In this document: one piece after another, positions 25,456 to 39,725 of the stretch
Numbering within the stretch: position 1 is the first letter of the stretch
Layout: every line of letters begins with the position of its first letter
Assembly: GCF_033153115.1 (NCBI RefSeq)
Contig: NW_026889763.1
Location: 13,144,001 to 13,208,000, forward strand
Direction: 5' to 3'
Source: Saccostrea echinata
Taxonomy: Eukaryota
Length of the DNA: 64,000 bases
Made by a program: the position numbers and the translations under genes
The notes under the pieces: generated by a model
What the model saw: only the letters and a program-made list of their open reading frames with translations
The model's database searches: none
What the model was told of the DNA's origin: nothing

Positions 25456-25728
25456 ATTTATGATTGAAAGAGTTAGTATTTGTGTAATGATTTTGTTTAA
25501 ATTTGTATTTAGGATTATTTTTTGAGTTTGAAATTTTTGTTTGACAATTTTACGTTCCTGGCTAAATGCACCAATACTTGACAAGAGGCCCATGGGCCAC
25601 AGTGCTCACCTTGGTCAGTTTGGCCATCAGCAGATTTCATTCCCTATTTCTATGCAAAACATTGATCACATCTTTTGGCTCCCTCTTATCCTAGGGATCA
25701 TGATTTAGGCAAACCTGAATCTATACTA

Positions 25729-26842
25729 CAGTCCCTGAAACGTTCTACTTTCCCACTTGAACGGTGAGCGAACGGTGAACGAACGGTGAACGAACGCTGA
25801 GCGAACGCAGAGCGAACGGTGAGTGAACGATATGTGAACGCTGAACGCAACTTGGTGAACGATGTATGAACGCTGAACGGTGAGCGAACGCAGAACGCGA
25901 ACGGAGCGCAAACGCGAACGCAAAGTGAACGGTGAACGAACGGTGAACGCAAGATGAACGATATATTCGGAATGCCTCTGATCTTTTCCTTGCATTGAAA
26001 CTATTTTATTGTTTTATAATGTCAGGTGCCAAAAAAAAATATAAATCAATCAATAATAAATAAGTAAACCAATAAATGAATGAATAAATAAGTCAATAAA
26101 ATAAATTCTCCAAAATTGTCCTGAGAAAGACGATGCATGCACATTAAGTTTTTAATCACACGATTTTTATCGCATTAAAACATTGCAAATGTTGCCGAAC
26201 GCTGAAGTATAAGAATTAGTTTTTTTAGTTGGAAAATAAAAATGTTTATTTTTATTTGATAACAAATCAGAGAAAACTTCTGACTTATACAATGAATTAA
26301 AGTGGTTGTAACATCCATTCATATATCTCCGTGTTAAAGCGATTTCCTGTAAAGTAATGAAAAAAATAATAATTACAAAGGTCAGTGGACGTTTTGCATT
26401 TATACGCTCGTATTTCAAATCTTTAATACAATAATATATTATGTGTCATTTCTATTTTTCATGATGATTTATTTAGGCCCGTAGGAATCAAATTCCTTTG
26501 GGGGGGGGGGGGCACAGCCATATATTTTCAGTTGATAGTTGAGGGGGCACTACCAAAAATTTCCTGACAGGCAAAAAAAAAAAATAATAAAAAAGGTCAT
26601 CAGACTTTTTATTGCTAAGGGGCACAAGCATATGATATCTATGTTTACTATAATAACCTATATATCGGCAAAATTATTGGGGAGGGGGGGGGGTGAGCAG
26701 ACTTCTACATTTATTCGTAGATGGCCGTGATTATACTCGGATAAGATAATACAAAGATACATATTCATATAATTTGTTATAAATTCAATTTTCAGAACTT
26801 GATATTCAAGTAATATGCTGTTATAGTTTTTATTAAACAGAC

Positions 26843-26894
<52 letters not shown>

Positions 26895-28353
26895 CCGTTT
26901 TAGCCCCCCCCCATTTCAGGCTTCACTAAATGTTTGTACCTATATCAAACAAAAACTCTGAAATTTTTTTCTAAATATATCAGACAGTGAAAGTAACTTT
27001 TTTTTTTTTATCAACAAATCATATCCATTTGTTTGACAGTCATACTCGTTTTTATTTTCCTGCTTCAAGTTCACACGAAGTCCATGTGCTTGTCCTGTTA
27101 ATCAAAATCATTCGACACTGTGCAGGTGTGAAAGTTTCGTCACATCGAAGACGAAGTTCGAGTATTTCCAACAAGTTATAACATTTATTTTTATCATTTC
27201 TAGATTTGATTCCAATATTTGAATAATAATTGAATAAAGTACATTGGGCATTAACACTTAAATTTGAAACATACTCTCTGTCAATTCCAAATACCACCGC
27301 CGACACGTGTACATTTTGAACTACTATTGTTTTGTGACTTTTTTAGATGCATGTTTGTTTTGAGACTGAAATTTTTGTTCTAAAAAAGATTTTAACATTT
27401 TTTAAATGTTAATTAAAATATTCTGGAAATACAATACTGACTAAGTAACCGATTTAGGGGGAAAAAAAGGGGGGGGGTATTAATCATATCGAATGGCAAA
27501 CATGTAAACTTACGGTGAAAAAAGGTTTTGTTTTCTCTATAACTATAGACTTTACATATTATAGTAGAGAAAATTCTGTAGTGCATTACATTTTAAATAT
27601 TTCCTTTAACCACACTATCAATTTAATTCGCTCCAAAGATAATAATTAACACGATATCCGCAGTACTATGTATAACTCTCAGAACTAGTTCTATCATACA
27701 TGTATTTTCTGTAGTAATTGAAAAAAGAGTGTTAGAAATAAATATTTTCGTAATTTTGCTGCGTAATTATTTGACTTGGTTAATTATATCTCCATTAACG
27801 ATTTGTCGTCTTTAACAAAACAACAAAATTTTGCAGTGTTTGAAGTATTTGCACATTGCCCTTAGTTAAATTTAATATTTCAGCATCGTTCTACATAAGT
27901 ACAGAATGTGCTTATAATAACATTTATTTTCCTGAGTAATTTAATAAATAACCTAACAGCTAAGTTAGAATAATAAAAATATATATCGTAGATATTTTTT
28001 CCCATGAAATAATGATTCTTCAAACACGATATGTTAGTTATTAAATTAAAATACCTGTAACTCCTAACCTACAAAAAGATAAGTCCTTTCACTTCGGAGT
28101 TCCGAATGACAATGAAAACTGAACGATAGGTGAACGCTGAACGCAAGGTGAACGCAAAGTGAACGGAACGAAGAGCGAACGCTGAACGCTTTGTGAACGG
28201 TGAACTCGAGCGCACGGTGAACGGTGAACGCAAAACTGTGAACGGAGAGTGAACGGTGAACGCACGGTGAACGAACGGTGAATCACGCTGAACGAACGGT
28301 GAACGAACGGTGAGCGAACGGAAAAATGGGAAAGTAGAACGTTTCAGGGACTG
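25729..28353. mobile_element. Non-autonomous TIR transposon (TA TSD) with GAACG-rich subterminal arrays
   Basis: TA|cagtccctgaaacgttctactttccca...tgggaaagtagaacgtttcagggactg|TA, perfect 27-bp TIRs; no internal transposase ORF. Confidence 0.9.
26848..26892. repeat. (GA)n microsatellite
   Basis: Direct read. Confidence 0.95.
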
Positions 28354-29029
28354 TATCTGTTGATGCATCCATATACTGTATGTGTACTTAAAAAAACGGG
28401 TTTCATATTTTATCGGCTTCGGCGCAGACACCGATGCGCTAACTCATAAAATCATAAAGAAGTTATTTATAAATACAATATACGACACGGATCCAGTGAT
28501 TGTGCTAAATTTTGAATACGCCAATTTATGTACACGTACAATAAATATGACTTATCATAGCCTTGCTGTTCTGGAGAAGAAGATTCTTCAAGATTTTTCC
28601 TATGTATTCCTTTGTAAAAGTCTGATAGCTCATTGTGGCTGACCCTACCCCTGTGGTCATGATTTGAACAGACCTCAATCTACACTATCTGCAGGTGCAT
28701 TCATATAAATATGTCTTAACATAGCTTTGCTTTTCTTGAGAAGAAAATTTTCATTGATGCATCCATATGAATATGTTTAAGCATGGCTTTCATCTAAGTT
28801 TCATTTTTTTTCTGGCTAAGTGGTTTGAGAAGAGTTTTAAATGATCCCCACCATATTTTCACTATTTCTTAAATATCTCCCCTTTGAAGAGGAGTGGCAC
28901 TTCAATTGAAAAAAACAACATTGAATCCCTTCACCTAAGGATTCGCCTTCAACTGATGTACCTGTTTCTAATAATTTTACAAGGTATGTCTCTTAACATA
29001 TTTACTAATTAATAATGTTTATTGTCGTC

Positions 29030-29314
29030 CGCTTAGTGGTTAGAGCATTTGCTCTAGAGTCGCGGCGTAAAAGGGTTGATCTTGACGTCGCGGGCTCGAA
29101 TCCAACTGCGGGAGATGGAGACAGGTCTTTCGGACGAGACCGTATATATCGAAGCTATATGTTGCAGTAGGTGCTGCACGAAAAAGATTCCTCACTGCTC
29201 AAAGGCCGTAAGTGCTGAGTACAGGTCTAAATGTGCAGCCTTCCACCGGCAAGTGGTGGCGCTTAAATATGACTGACAAACCATCGAAAGGGACGTTAAA
29301 CAACAAACAATCAA
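29030..29314 (+). mobile_element. tRNA-derived SINE (related family)
   Basis: tagtggttagagc A box, ggctcgaatcc B box, ggtctttcggacgagac core shared with the other SINEs, caacaaacaatcaat tail. Confidence 0.7.
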
Positions 29315-30083
29315 TACTGCTCATTTTGAATGCATTTTTGTGTGATATATACTTGTACATATGTTGATATGAAGTTTATCTCTATGCTTCTATACGTGTT
29401 TACTTACTCCCTTCAAGTAGGGAGTGTGAACGCCATCATCACAGACCCCTATATGTAGAAGCATTTTTCCCGTGGTAAGTCTTGCGCAACTCCTAACACT
29501 GCAATAAGTATTGTATCACTATGCAAAACAACTTTTAAAATTTAGATTTAAAACAATACATGGTTAATGAAAAGTCTATATGGATTGCATGAAAATACAA
29601 ACACTGAAAGTAAAATCTTAAACAAATTAACTATTTAAGTTTCTTTTGTAAGAGAACCATGTTAGATATACTGACTTCGAAAATAAAATACCTGTTTCCA
29701 TTGCTTTCCTGCTAGGAATGTACTGTAAACCAACTTTTATTCGCGTGCGAGAATTTTTCGCGAGGTTCGCTAGAGCCTCGTCATCGCGAATATTTCTCGC
29801 CGCAAAAGGTCTTTTAAAGTCTCTCTTTCTATTAACAACAGATAAAAGAAGGCTTGATCGCGAAAATTAAACACTAACAAAAAGTGCTTTTTGGACTTGG
29901 AGAAAAATATGTTATATTAAGGTGTGCATATTCAGACTATTTAGCTCATTTTCAACATAGGGTACGTGCCTTATTTCAGCAGGAAAAATGTTTAAAGACA
30001 ATTGACTACTTGTGAACAGAAATCACTGTTGTTTACTTACATTGGGGAAAATTAATGAAAATAATGAATTCAATCACTTATTC

Positions 30084-32474
30084 TTTTTTTTTTTTTTTAA
30101 TTTTTTATTACCCCATCACATGAATATGATGATCAATAAGTTTACAGCCAAGGTTGGGGAGCCTTGGATACTGCAAACTAATTTGACAAAATTCTTATAC
30201 AAAACATACATCCTGTGACAGGTGAATTTTTATATACAAAAAAAGAAAGAAAAAACAACAGTCACACCTCAGTCATACAAGACATGTATATGCAAGCTTA
30301 ATTATCTAAATTATACAAAAAGAAATCATTGTTTCAATAATAAGTAGTTTGAGCAGCAGGGGGTTCAGCTCAAACAGAAAAATTATGCAGGACTTATTCT
30401 AATGGTAGACAATTCCATTTTCTATCAAATTTCTCAATATCACAGATCTTCTTGTAAATATATTTTTTTTCACATTTATAATAATACAAAATTTCATTTT
30501 TAGCTCCTTCAAATGAAGGAATTTGTTTTAAACATCTTTTTTGGTATATGTGCTTCTTTACAATACATGTTATCAGATTTGTAATGTTATAATACATATC
30601 ATATTTTCCAATAATAATGTCCAATCTATTCATTGCAATATCAATTCCAGATATATCTTTTATCCAATCTTGAATTTTTTCCCAGATCTCACTTACATAT
30701 TCACATTCCCAAAGTAAATGTCCCAGTGTTTCTGGATGTACATTACAAAAAGTACACAATTCTGATTCTACAATCCCAATCTTGTTTAAAAATGTGTTTG
30801 ATGCAAGAATTCTGTGCATAATGCGGTATTGGAACCATCTAACTTGCATGTCATTTGTAAGTTTAAAAAAAGACTATTTTTTAGTCTTCCACCAATTACT
30901 GTTCACATCTAGATTAAACTCTTTTTCCCATTTCATTTCACATTTAGGCTTTTTCCAACTATGATTCAAAAATACATTGTAGTAATCCTTTGAACCCTTT
31001 TTACTTTTTCTTATTATTTGCAAAAATTGTGGGTAAAAAGGTAAGTTATTAACAATATACTCTGTATTGTAATAGAGGTCTAGTTTCTTTATACTATTTA
31101 TTATCCCGTAGTACAAGGTAAATGGTGGATAGAAATTGTACCGATTACAGAACTCTTCATAACACATTAATTCACCAGTGTAATTGTAAAAATCTAATAT
31201 GTAACAAACAACTTTTTCAAACCATTGTTTACAAAATACACTTTTGCTATTAATACATATTGATTCATTAAACCACACAAGACTCAAAATACAGTGAGTC
31301 TCGATACACTTTCTTAATTCTAAAAAATCTGAAAAAACATCAATCCCAAAAATATTTGTGCTGGTTTTAATAAGCTTTTGCGAAAAAAGAAGGTCCAAAA
31401 ACTGTTATCTGTGATACATTAGGCAAAGTTTCAATTATCAAGCATTTCCAGCCGGATTTACATGTATCATCATAAAAGCGGCGAACCCATGTAACTTTCA
31501 AACTTTTAGCAAAAGTTTCAAGACAAATCATTTGGAAACCTCCATTTTCGTAGCTTTTAATAATATCACTCTTTGCAACTCTTAGAGTTTTAAAGTTCCA
31601 TATATATTGATAAAAAAAATTTCAATTTCTTTTAATTTTTCTTTTCGGGGAGTTGGTAAACTAATTAACAAGTGTGTAATTTTTGGAAGAATCAATGATT
31701 TAACCACAGTAATCCTTCCTGCAGTTGATAAAATTCTGCGTGACCATGAACATATGAGTGCTTTTATTTCTTTAAGTTTGGGTGTGAAGTTTAGTTCAAA
31801 CATAGAGTTACTTTCTAGGTTTACACAATATGTTATTCCTGAAACAGTAAAGGGTTTTTGAGACCAGTTTAAGTTTTTGAATTCATCTTACGACCTCAAA
31901 ATGTTTCTGAGTGATCCTATTTTAATACACTGTGTTTTTTCATAGTTAAGTTTTAGTCCAGAAAACNNNNNNNNNNNNNNNNNNNNNNNNNNNNNNNNNN
32001 NNNNNNNNNNNNNNNNNNNNNNNNNNNNNNNNNNNNNNNNNNNNNNNNNNNNNNNNNNNNNNNNNNNNNNNNNNNNNNNNNNNNNNNNNNNNNNNNNNNN
32101 NNNAACCATCTAGTAGCAGTACTGTGTCATCTGCATATTGAAGCAATTTAAATTCCTTACTCTCTGTAGTAATGCCCCTGATTAACGAATTATTCCTTAT
32201 CATTATAACCATTATCTCAGCACAAAGGAGAAATAAATATGGAGAAATTGGATCGCCTTGTCTGCATCCTTTACCTATATTGAGGAATTCAGAAAAAATG
32301 CCATTCTGTATTACACACAATCTGGCATCTTGCAGAAGAAGTTTAATAAACTTTATAAAGAAATCACCAAAATTGAAAAAATCTAAGACTTTAAAAATAA
32401 ATTTCCATGAGACTGAATCGAAAGCCTTTTCAAAGTCAATAAGAAGGACTAATCCAGGTTTATTGTTTTCATTA
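30084..32474 (-). mobile_element. L1/Tx1-clade LINE, 5'-truncated, decayed ORF2
   Basis: GLVLLIDFEKAFDSVSW, GCRQGDPISPYLF, QYADDT, GRITVVKSLILPK, zf-RVT CTFC..ETLGHLLWEC; minus-strand AATAAA then poly(A) at 30084..30098. Confidence 0.92.
31967..32103. other. Assembly gap (N run)
   Basis: Run of n characters inside the L1 RT. Confidence 1.
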
Positions 32475-35400
32475 TAGTCTGGTCCGATTTGTAGAAAAAA
32501 TACTTCTAACGGCAAATAATTATTATTTGGTCCAGCATAGATTTTTAACCTATTTCGAGTATGCTTAATCCGAAAAAATATGCTGGCTTTCATGAATATG
32601 GCGTTAAAAAGGTAAAAATGGCGATTCAAAATGGCGGACATGCAATTTTTCTAATTTTCTTTTAATGTCGTTCAAATAGGAGAAAGAATGTGTGAATATC
32701 TCACAGAGTGTAATGCAACTATAAAAATGATAAAGGAATCTAACACCATTACTTTAATTCGAAAAATTTAGTTGTTTCTACACTTAATTTGAATTTTCTC
32801 TGCTTTGTTCAGGATTTCACATTTGCAAATATCCATACACTGCAAATTGTTTTTTTTCCCTTTGCATCTCACTATTCTACAACTGAATGATGGTACAGCT
32901 GTAAGTTTTAATTTGAATTTTGGAAAAATCTCTGCCATGGCCCATTCATAAGTTTGCAGCAAACAACCAAGAACATCCATTCTATCTCATTGGACTTAGT
33001 AATGTGAGGTTACCACTACATCTGCCTATCTTTATATCACGTACTGCCTGGCATTGCGCTCGGTTTACATGCATATAAAAAGAATGGAAAGCGTAATTCC
33101 TAAATTATTTTCGATGCGCGTTAGTGGACACTGTGTATTTGTTACGCAACTTAAAGACGATTTTTTGGTTTTTTTTTTTTGATCGATTAATTTTCCTTCT
33201 CCTCAACCTTCTAGTGATATGTACTACAATGAGTGAATTATATTAAACATATTTTTCTGAAGCTCTGGAAAAGACAAATTTATCGCCAAAACAATTTAAA
33301 AGGAATAATTGCAGGCTTTCGAAAGGTTCCACTCGCATTCTACAGGAGTCTATTTCTGGAAAGAAGGAGCAATGACAGGTCCATATATGATATGCTAGTA
33401 TGAAAACAGCTAAAGGTGCAAGAGGGCACTAAAGAACGGTACTAGAGCACTGCTTGAAGAACTACAGACTGCTTCTTCACTCAGCACAGAATGCTTTAAC
33501 CAATATCATTCTCACATTTCAATCTTCAACCATCCACTCATCCCTTCCCCCTCCCTCTCTCCCACATACATAGCGAGCAGTAACAATGTTTTTTTTTATA
33601 ATGGGTGATGCAAGGAGACAGGGTAATATGTTTTTTCCCAAAATATAGCAAAGTTAATAGGAAGAGGAATTTCTCTTGGTGTCCCTTTGTTCTGAGTGTT
33701 GCTGATTATATTGATTACTCCATTTAATGATCAAACAAAAAATAATACTAGAAAAGTTTCTTTTTTTCTGGAAATAGTTAAAACAAACTCGACTTGTTTT
33801 CCTCATATTTGACCGTGTTCCAAAGCTCTGAACCCCTGTCCACCTAAAACCACTGCTGAGTCGCTGTCATTATTAACTCGCACTTCCACTTTAACATCCC
33901 TTAGCACACCATCAAATATAAGTGAAGAAATTCTTGCCCGACTTCATTGAACCCTTTGTACTAGCTTTTGAAATTAGCACTTGTAAGAGCTTAGTATTTT
34001 CCCCAACATCCTCTATTCCAGCTTTAAATGCTGTATGTTTAGTCAGTCTTGGAATTTTGGTTTTCTCAACAGCCCAAGGAACAACACATTTATGTTCAAA
34101 TCTTAAAAGACTATTTTGTTTTCCAAAACCTTATGCAAAATGGAAAAAAAAAATCTCTGACAAGACATGTAGCTTTCTCTTTTGTGACCATATAGATTTA
34201 TTGTCTTTTTGGGTAGAAAGGTCATTCTATTAGCAAGAAAATTCTCAAACTTTATCATTTGGAATCACATTGTGTGCATTTTTTGGTGAGAAAAGTTGTA
34301 TAATTGTGCGATCTAAGAGCACTTGCAGATTCCTTGTGATTTCTATCACGTACAATCTTTCATACCAACAGGCCGAAGCCATTCTTGACTTTGATTTAGT
34401 CAACACTTATCTTGACAACAAAATTTTCTTGAACACTCCAAGAACTTTACAAGGGAACTTGATCCACACTACTTTGTTAGGATAGTGTATGGTTGTATCA
34501 AGAATCGAGGGGGGATTAAACACAAACATTTTCCTCTTTCCGATTTTGTAAATTTCAAAACAATAGGCACCGAATTCCATCAGAGTATGACAAAAAAGTA
34601 TGTTTGGATTATCGATTTTGATCATATACAATATTCCTTTAAAAAAAGGAATTTTGTAGCCGCTTAAATTTATATCTAACAATACAAGATTATATGTTCA
34701 CAACATTAAATATTTGTGAATATAGTTGATTTTTGTTGGCTATGGATAACAAAATGCAAATGCAGGGACGCAGAATCAGAGCTAGACAATCAAGAATATT
34801 TATGGTTTACGTATATTATACTGGTTTTGATAATTCTTAATAAATATGTTGATATATAGTATATAACATTCAAATTTATATGATTTGATAATTCTTAGCT
34901 CTCTGATTGGTTGTGGTTCATCATTTTAAAAATCATATACTAAGTTATATTGCACTAGACCTTCGACATGAACATAAACATTTTTTTTTCTACACTGTAT
35001 GGACTAAAAGTAGATCAAAAATTTCCAACAACTGGGATAATTTAGCAACCCTCGAACTACAATGTTCACTCGCCTTTGGACTCGGGGAATACTGCTCTTG
35101 GGGTAGCTTAATTGTCATATAGTCCTCCAAACAGCAATTATTGTGTGATATTATTAACTTTTTATATTAAGAAGCATAGTTAGATAGGTAATAGGTAAAA
35201 GTTCTTCATAGATGTAGTCAAAAGCTTATCTTAATAATAAAAGTAATAAAACAAAGATCAGTGTCATAAAAATTATAAGTCATTAACAACAATATCCTCA
35301 AAATTTTTATTGAATATTTAAACATTATTTTATTAATTTAAAATGCAAGCTGTTATTAATTTCCTTTTATTTTCTGCAAAAGACTCAGAATTAAGCAGTT

Positions 35401-36135
35401 TGAGTATTTTGTGTAATTCTATTTTTGAGCTAATTAACACAGCTTTCAAATTTAAACGACTAAATTTTCCGAATTAAAGTGATAATATTAGTGTTCTATT
35501 ATCATTTTCATAATTGCATTACGCTCAATTAGATATTAACACATCCATTCTTCTATTTGAACGACATTAAAAAAATAATTAGAAAAAATGGAAATCCACC
35601 ATTTTAAATCGCCATTTTGACTTATATATTACAGCTGCACCATCATTCAGTTGTAGAATAGTGTGATGCGGAGGAAAAATACCAATCTGCAGTGTATGGA
35701 TATTTGCAAATGTAAAATTCTGAACAAAGCAAATTATAGAAACAAAAGACAAATAAATCAGGGAAAATTCGAATTAAGTGTAGAAACGACTAAATTTTCT
35801 GAATTAAAGTAATAATGTTAGCATTCTTTTATCATATGTATAGCTGCATTACACTCTGTGAGATATTCACACATTCTCTCTCCTATTTGAACGACATTAA
35901 GAGAAAATTAGAAAAATTGCATGTCCGCCATTTTGAATCGCCATTTTGACCTTTTTAACGCCATATTCATGAAGGCCAGCATATTTTTTCGGATTCAGCA
36001 TACTCGAAATAGGTTAAAAATCTATGCTGAACCAAATAATAATTATTTGCCGTTAAAACCTATTTCTAGCCTTCTATTTACTAGACTAATATCAATACTA
36101 ATATCAATACTACTACTTTTTACTAGACCAGACTA
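32475..36135 (-). mobile_element. Decayed DNA transposon with very long inverted repeats, Academ-like
   Basis: Termini tagtctggtc / gaccagacta; 32490..32900 is the reverse complement of ~35630..36060; minus-strand CXC-like tail SCRIVRCKGKKNNLQCMDICKC and HVNRAQCQA resemble Academ-type transposase C-termini (family is inference). Confidence 0.65.
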
Positions 36136-37404
36136 ATATCTCGATGTACAATAATGAATTAGTTTACTAATTTCATACGTGAAACCAACAATCATTAAAA
36201 TATAACGGCTTTAAAATGTGATATATTATACCTATGATAATTACTTTTTTTCTTTTTCTTCAAGGGCAGAATTTCAACCAAAGATTTTTATTGCCTTGTG
36301 GTGTAAGTGGTAATGAAAAAAAATTCATCTTACATACTCTGCAAATCCAGTCCCATATCTAACTTTACGTGTATATAAGTGAGAAATGTATCTGTTACCT
36401 TAAGTTGTCCGAGTTACGTCGAATTCTTTTATGGATAAGCAAATAAACTTAATGACAGTAATATTATTGCAAACAACTGAACAAAAGAGATTTTAACACC
36501 TTTTCGACTTGCATAACTACGAAAGCCCAGAAGGCTCATTTGAAATTCGAGTTTTGATATACGAAATTTGAAATTCAAGATCATAATCAAGAAATCAGAA
36601 GGCGGATTAAACATTTGATTACTCCCCTTTACTAAATTTTGACTCTCAAGGAATCGTTGAGTATATTTATAACAAACAGGTCATTGGATTAAATAATAAT
36701 GCAAGAAAAAATGTTGCATGTATAAAAAAAAAATTATGCATAAACTATATTTTTTTCTCATTAAAAAAAACAATAGATTAAAAAAAGAATTTATATAAAC
36801 CTATATGTATCATGGAATGGAACATTATTTATGTCGATAACTTTATTTAAAAACCCCAATAATAAAGAAGAAAGCTAAAATGATGTGAAATATTAATGAA
36901 CCTCTCTGCACTGTACACTGATTTAAGGGTACTTCTGTGTATATATACTGATCCCTATTTGATATGAAATAAAATAAATTGCAGTCTGCAATGCATATAT
37001 AACTTTTATTGATTAATTCAAGTATTCTAAGCATTATATTAGACCCAGGTATAATAATTGATTTTATTTCATTTTATTTGTATGTTTTCTCCTTATGGGA
37101 AAGCAGACGCGATTTTTCTTCGTTGTCTTACGATTTTTCCAAGGTAATAAGAAATACGTAAACTAGGTAATTTTAATACGTACCCCTTTACGCTATGCAA
37201 TTTTTTTCAAAGTCCAAAAGGTGTATGAAGGGTCCATAATATTGGTAAAATGTTTATAATTTTATTATTATCAAATGCCTGTACATCTTTTTTACTGAAA
37301 ACTTGTTCGGCGTTGTACTGAAGTAAACAACATGGCCTTAGGAACTTGGGCTAGGGGGTTGATCCTCCCTTCTTACTTTTGCCGATATATTGTGTGATAG
37401 AGGG

Positions 37405-38585
37405 ATATAACGGAGAGTAATCAAGCTCAGTAGTCCATTGAAACAATAAAAATCCGGAACACAGCAAACATGGACCTCTACAAGATCATTGCATCGACCA
37501 TAGAACTTGCGAAATGATGACTTTAAACGAAAATGTTGATATTCTTTCATCAACTGAGAGACGTAAACCCCAAAGACGTGTGATAAGGGTTTATTGCTAC
37601 ACAAGTTAGGGAATTTGACGATGTAAAAGTTAAAGTCGTCATGTTTATCATAAAGTTTTGCTGTTAGGTTGCCGTTAACGTCTTTTTTCAATCTAATTAG
37701 AATTAGATGTTCCGAATCCGTTATCCCTTCTCAAACATCTAAGAACATCCCATTCGGGGTAACGTCAGAGCGACCTTTCGATTATGAATAGAAATGAAAA
37801 TTTTGGCCAATCAGATTCAAGCTTCTGTATACCATTCTAAAATTATTTCCATGGCTACATTATCGATATTCATTAGTCTGTTTTAAGTTTACTTAAAGTA
37901 ATCGTGGTATAAATTGAACGTATAGTCCGCCTATATGGCATTTTTACCCGAATAACGCAAAAGAAAACGCCTAGACTCTACAAGATCTCCCACACATCAC
38001 ATTCATAAGTGGCACGGCCTTTGCCATGCATATTTTGTTGACTACGAAATTTCTCGGGCCTTAAGGTTTGGTAGTGAAAAAAGAAACGCATCCGAACTAT
38101 AAGCCAAGATTTCAGAGGCGGCGATTTTATTCGCTATTTTATTCGCATATCGAATGATTGCTCTGACAAGACCCCGAATGGGATGTTGTTAGATGTTTGA
38201 GAAGCAGTACCGGATTTGAAACATCTTGTTTTAATTAGATTGCTTCTTTTTCTAATAAAATATCCTAGTTTGAAACAGATGTGTCAGACTCTGTGGTATC
38301 TTTTATTTCAAGCTCACTGGGATATATCGAGTCGATATATGAATAGAAGTAACTATTGTTAATTGATAATACGTCGTCGATATACCTTAATGTCTAGTTG
38401 AAGGCCATAGTAAGTGTTTTCTTCATCTCATGTAGAAGTTTTTGAAATTCTTTTTCATATAAATACAAAAATAGGTCTGCTAATGAGGGGCGCAATTGGT
38501 ATACATGGGAATTCCGACAGATTGTTGGAAGACTTGATCTTCTGAAACTACATAAATATTGTCAATCAGAAACTCAAGCATTTTT
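37405..38585 (-). mobile_element. Penelope-like RT fragment interrupted by a MITE
   Basis: GIPMYTNCAP, LRYIDDV, KLYDKHDDFNF, RLKSSFRKFYGR. Confidence 0.85.
37689..38242. mobile_element. MITE with ~90-bp imperfect TIRs and ~9-bp TSD (MULE-like)
   Basis: caatctaattag...ttctcaaacatctaagaacatcccattcgggg vs ccccgaatgggatgttgttagatgtttgagaa...taattagattg; flanks cgtcttttt / cttcttttt. Confidence 0.75.
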
Positions 38586-39725
38586 TAATATATTCGATCA
38601 GTGCATATTATCTATTCAAGATATATTACTAAAGTCAGGTACTCTTCACACAATTGCTCCGACGAAAATAGTTCCATTCATGATCAGTAGATACAAGATT
38701 ACAACAAATGTTAAGAATAATGATGTATATTTAATACGTTAAAGAAAACAAAATTAACGTATAAAGATTTTAAGAAAATCATCTTTTCCCCGGAAAAGCA
38801 AATAAAAAGTTTTCATATTCCTACGCTCGCTGCCTCCTCAGTTTTTTTCCCGAAAATATATAGGTCATACTTCGATTGATAATGATAAATCTTTTCACCA
38901 GTTATATTACTGTCATTATTATTGTTCGTTCATTGCCTTATAATTTCTTTTGAATGGATATATGTTAATCATTAACTGTGTGTTTTTTTTCTCTCTTTTA
39001 ATGAATAACGGAATGGTTATTATGGTTAAACACCTGCAATCGTAACCTCTCGGCAAAGCAAGGTAATGTTCCGAGCTCGTCTGAAAGGATCTTCGCACGT
39101 GTGTAGACCTAGGCTATTTGGTCTTGCAAGCACAGGTGTGTGCACCGTTTGCTAGAGACGCTTAGATCACGTAGACTGGGTATCAGTATTTGCTACGGAA
39201 ATGAAGAAGTTTAGAACTATACACCAGTTTCATAAGAAGTGCAGGTTTTTTACTCAAGCCGTAAATTGGGCTAGAGGGGCTGAGTTATATAAAACGAGAC
39301 TAGGTCATCGATCTACTCAGTTTAAAAACACGAAAATATACTAAGTTTATCTTCAAAACATCTGTATATTCAAAATCTATATTAAGTGTTAAATGTCGGA
39401 TTCTATCCTATGACGAAGGAATATTCAGTGATGCTCCATAGCCGCAACCGATCTCGCGCTTTCCTTTGCGTTTAACAACGGCCGTCAATGCATCTCTGGA
39501 CAAGTTCATTGATTACAAGTTCATTCGTACTAAAAGGTGACATGTTGACCATCTTTAACATCTGCCTATACTATGGGTGATAGTAATTTAATAGCACAAA
39601 ATTAAAAAATAAATTAAAATCTATCCTTGATAGATCTATAGTTTTGCTATTTAAAAAAAATGGGCTATCTTTGATAATCCATAACGGCTTGAACTTGATT
39701 TGAATTTTTTTTTTTTTTTTTACAG

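Larger units (their letters stand above)
25581..28945 (-). mobile_element. HINE/Helentron-like copy interrupted by a 2.6-kb TIR element
   Basis: acaagaggcccatgggccacagtgctcacc end; the satellite unit aaacctgaatctatacTA resumes as tctgttgatgcatcc after 28355. Confidence 0.65.

Noticed and set aside
25698-25995. RSPF/VHR-rich ORFs (also 28069..28431)
   Set aside because: Translation artefacts of the GAACG subterminal repeat arrays
32490-32641. N-terminus of ORF 31946..32641 matching ORF 35921..36136
   Set aside because: Both are translations of the transposon inverted repeat, fused by chance to the L1 frame
36265-36302. Possible signal-peptide exon of gene 2 (AEFQPKIFIALW, good acceptor and gtaagt donor)
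   Set aside because: No start codon or compatible neighbour found; joining it to 39726 gives a stop; cannot be supported without RNA data
39000-39500. GC-richer patch upstream of gene 2 exons
   Set aside because: No sustained ORF or recognisable motif; could be promoter or TE remnant, unsupported
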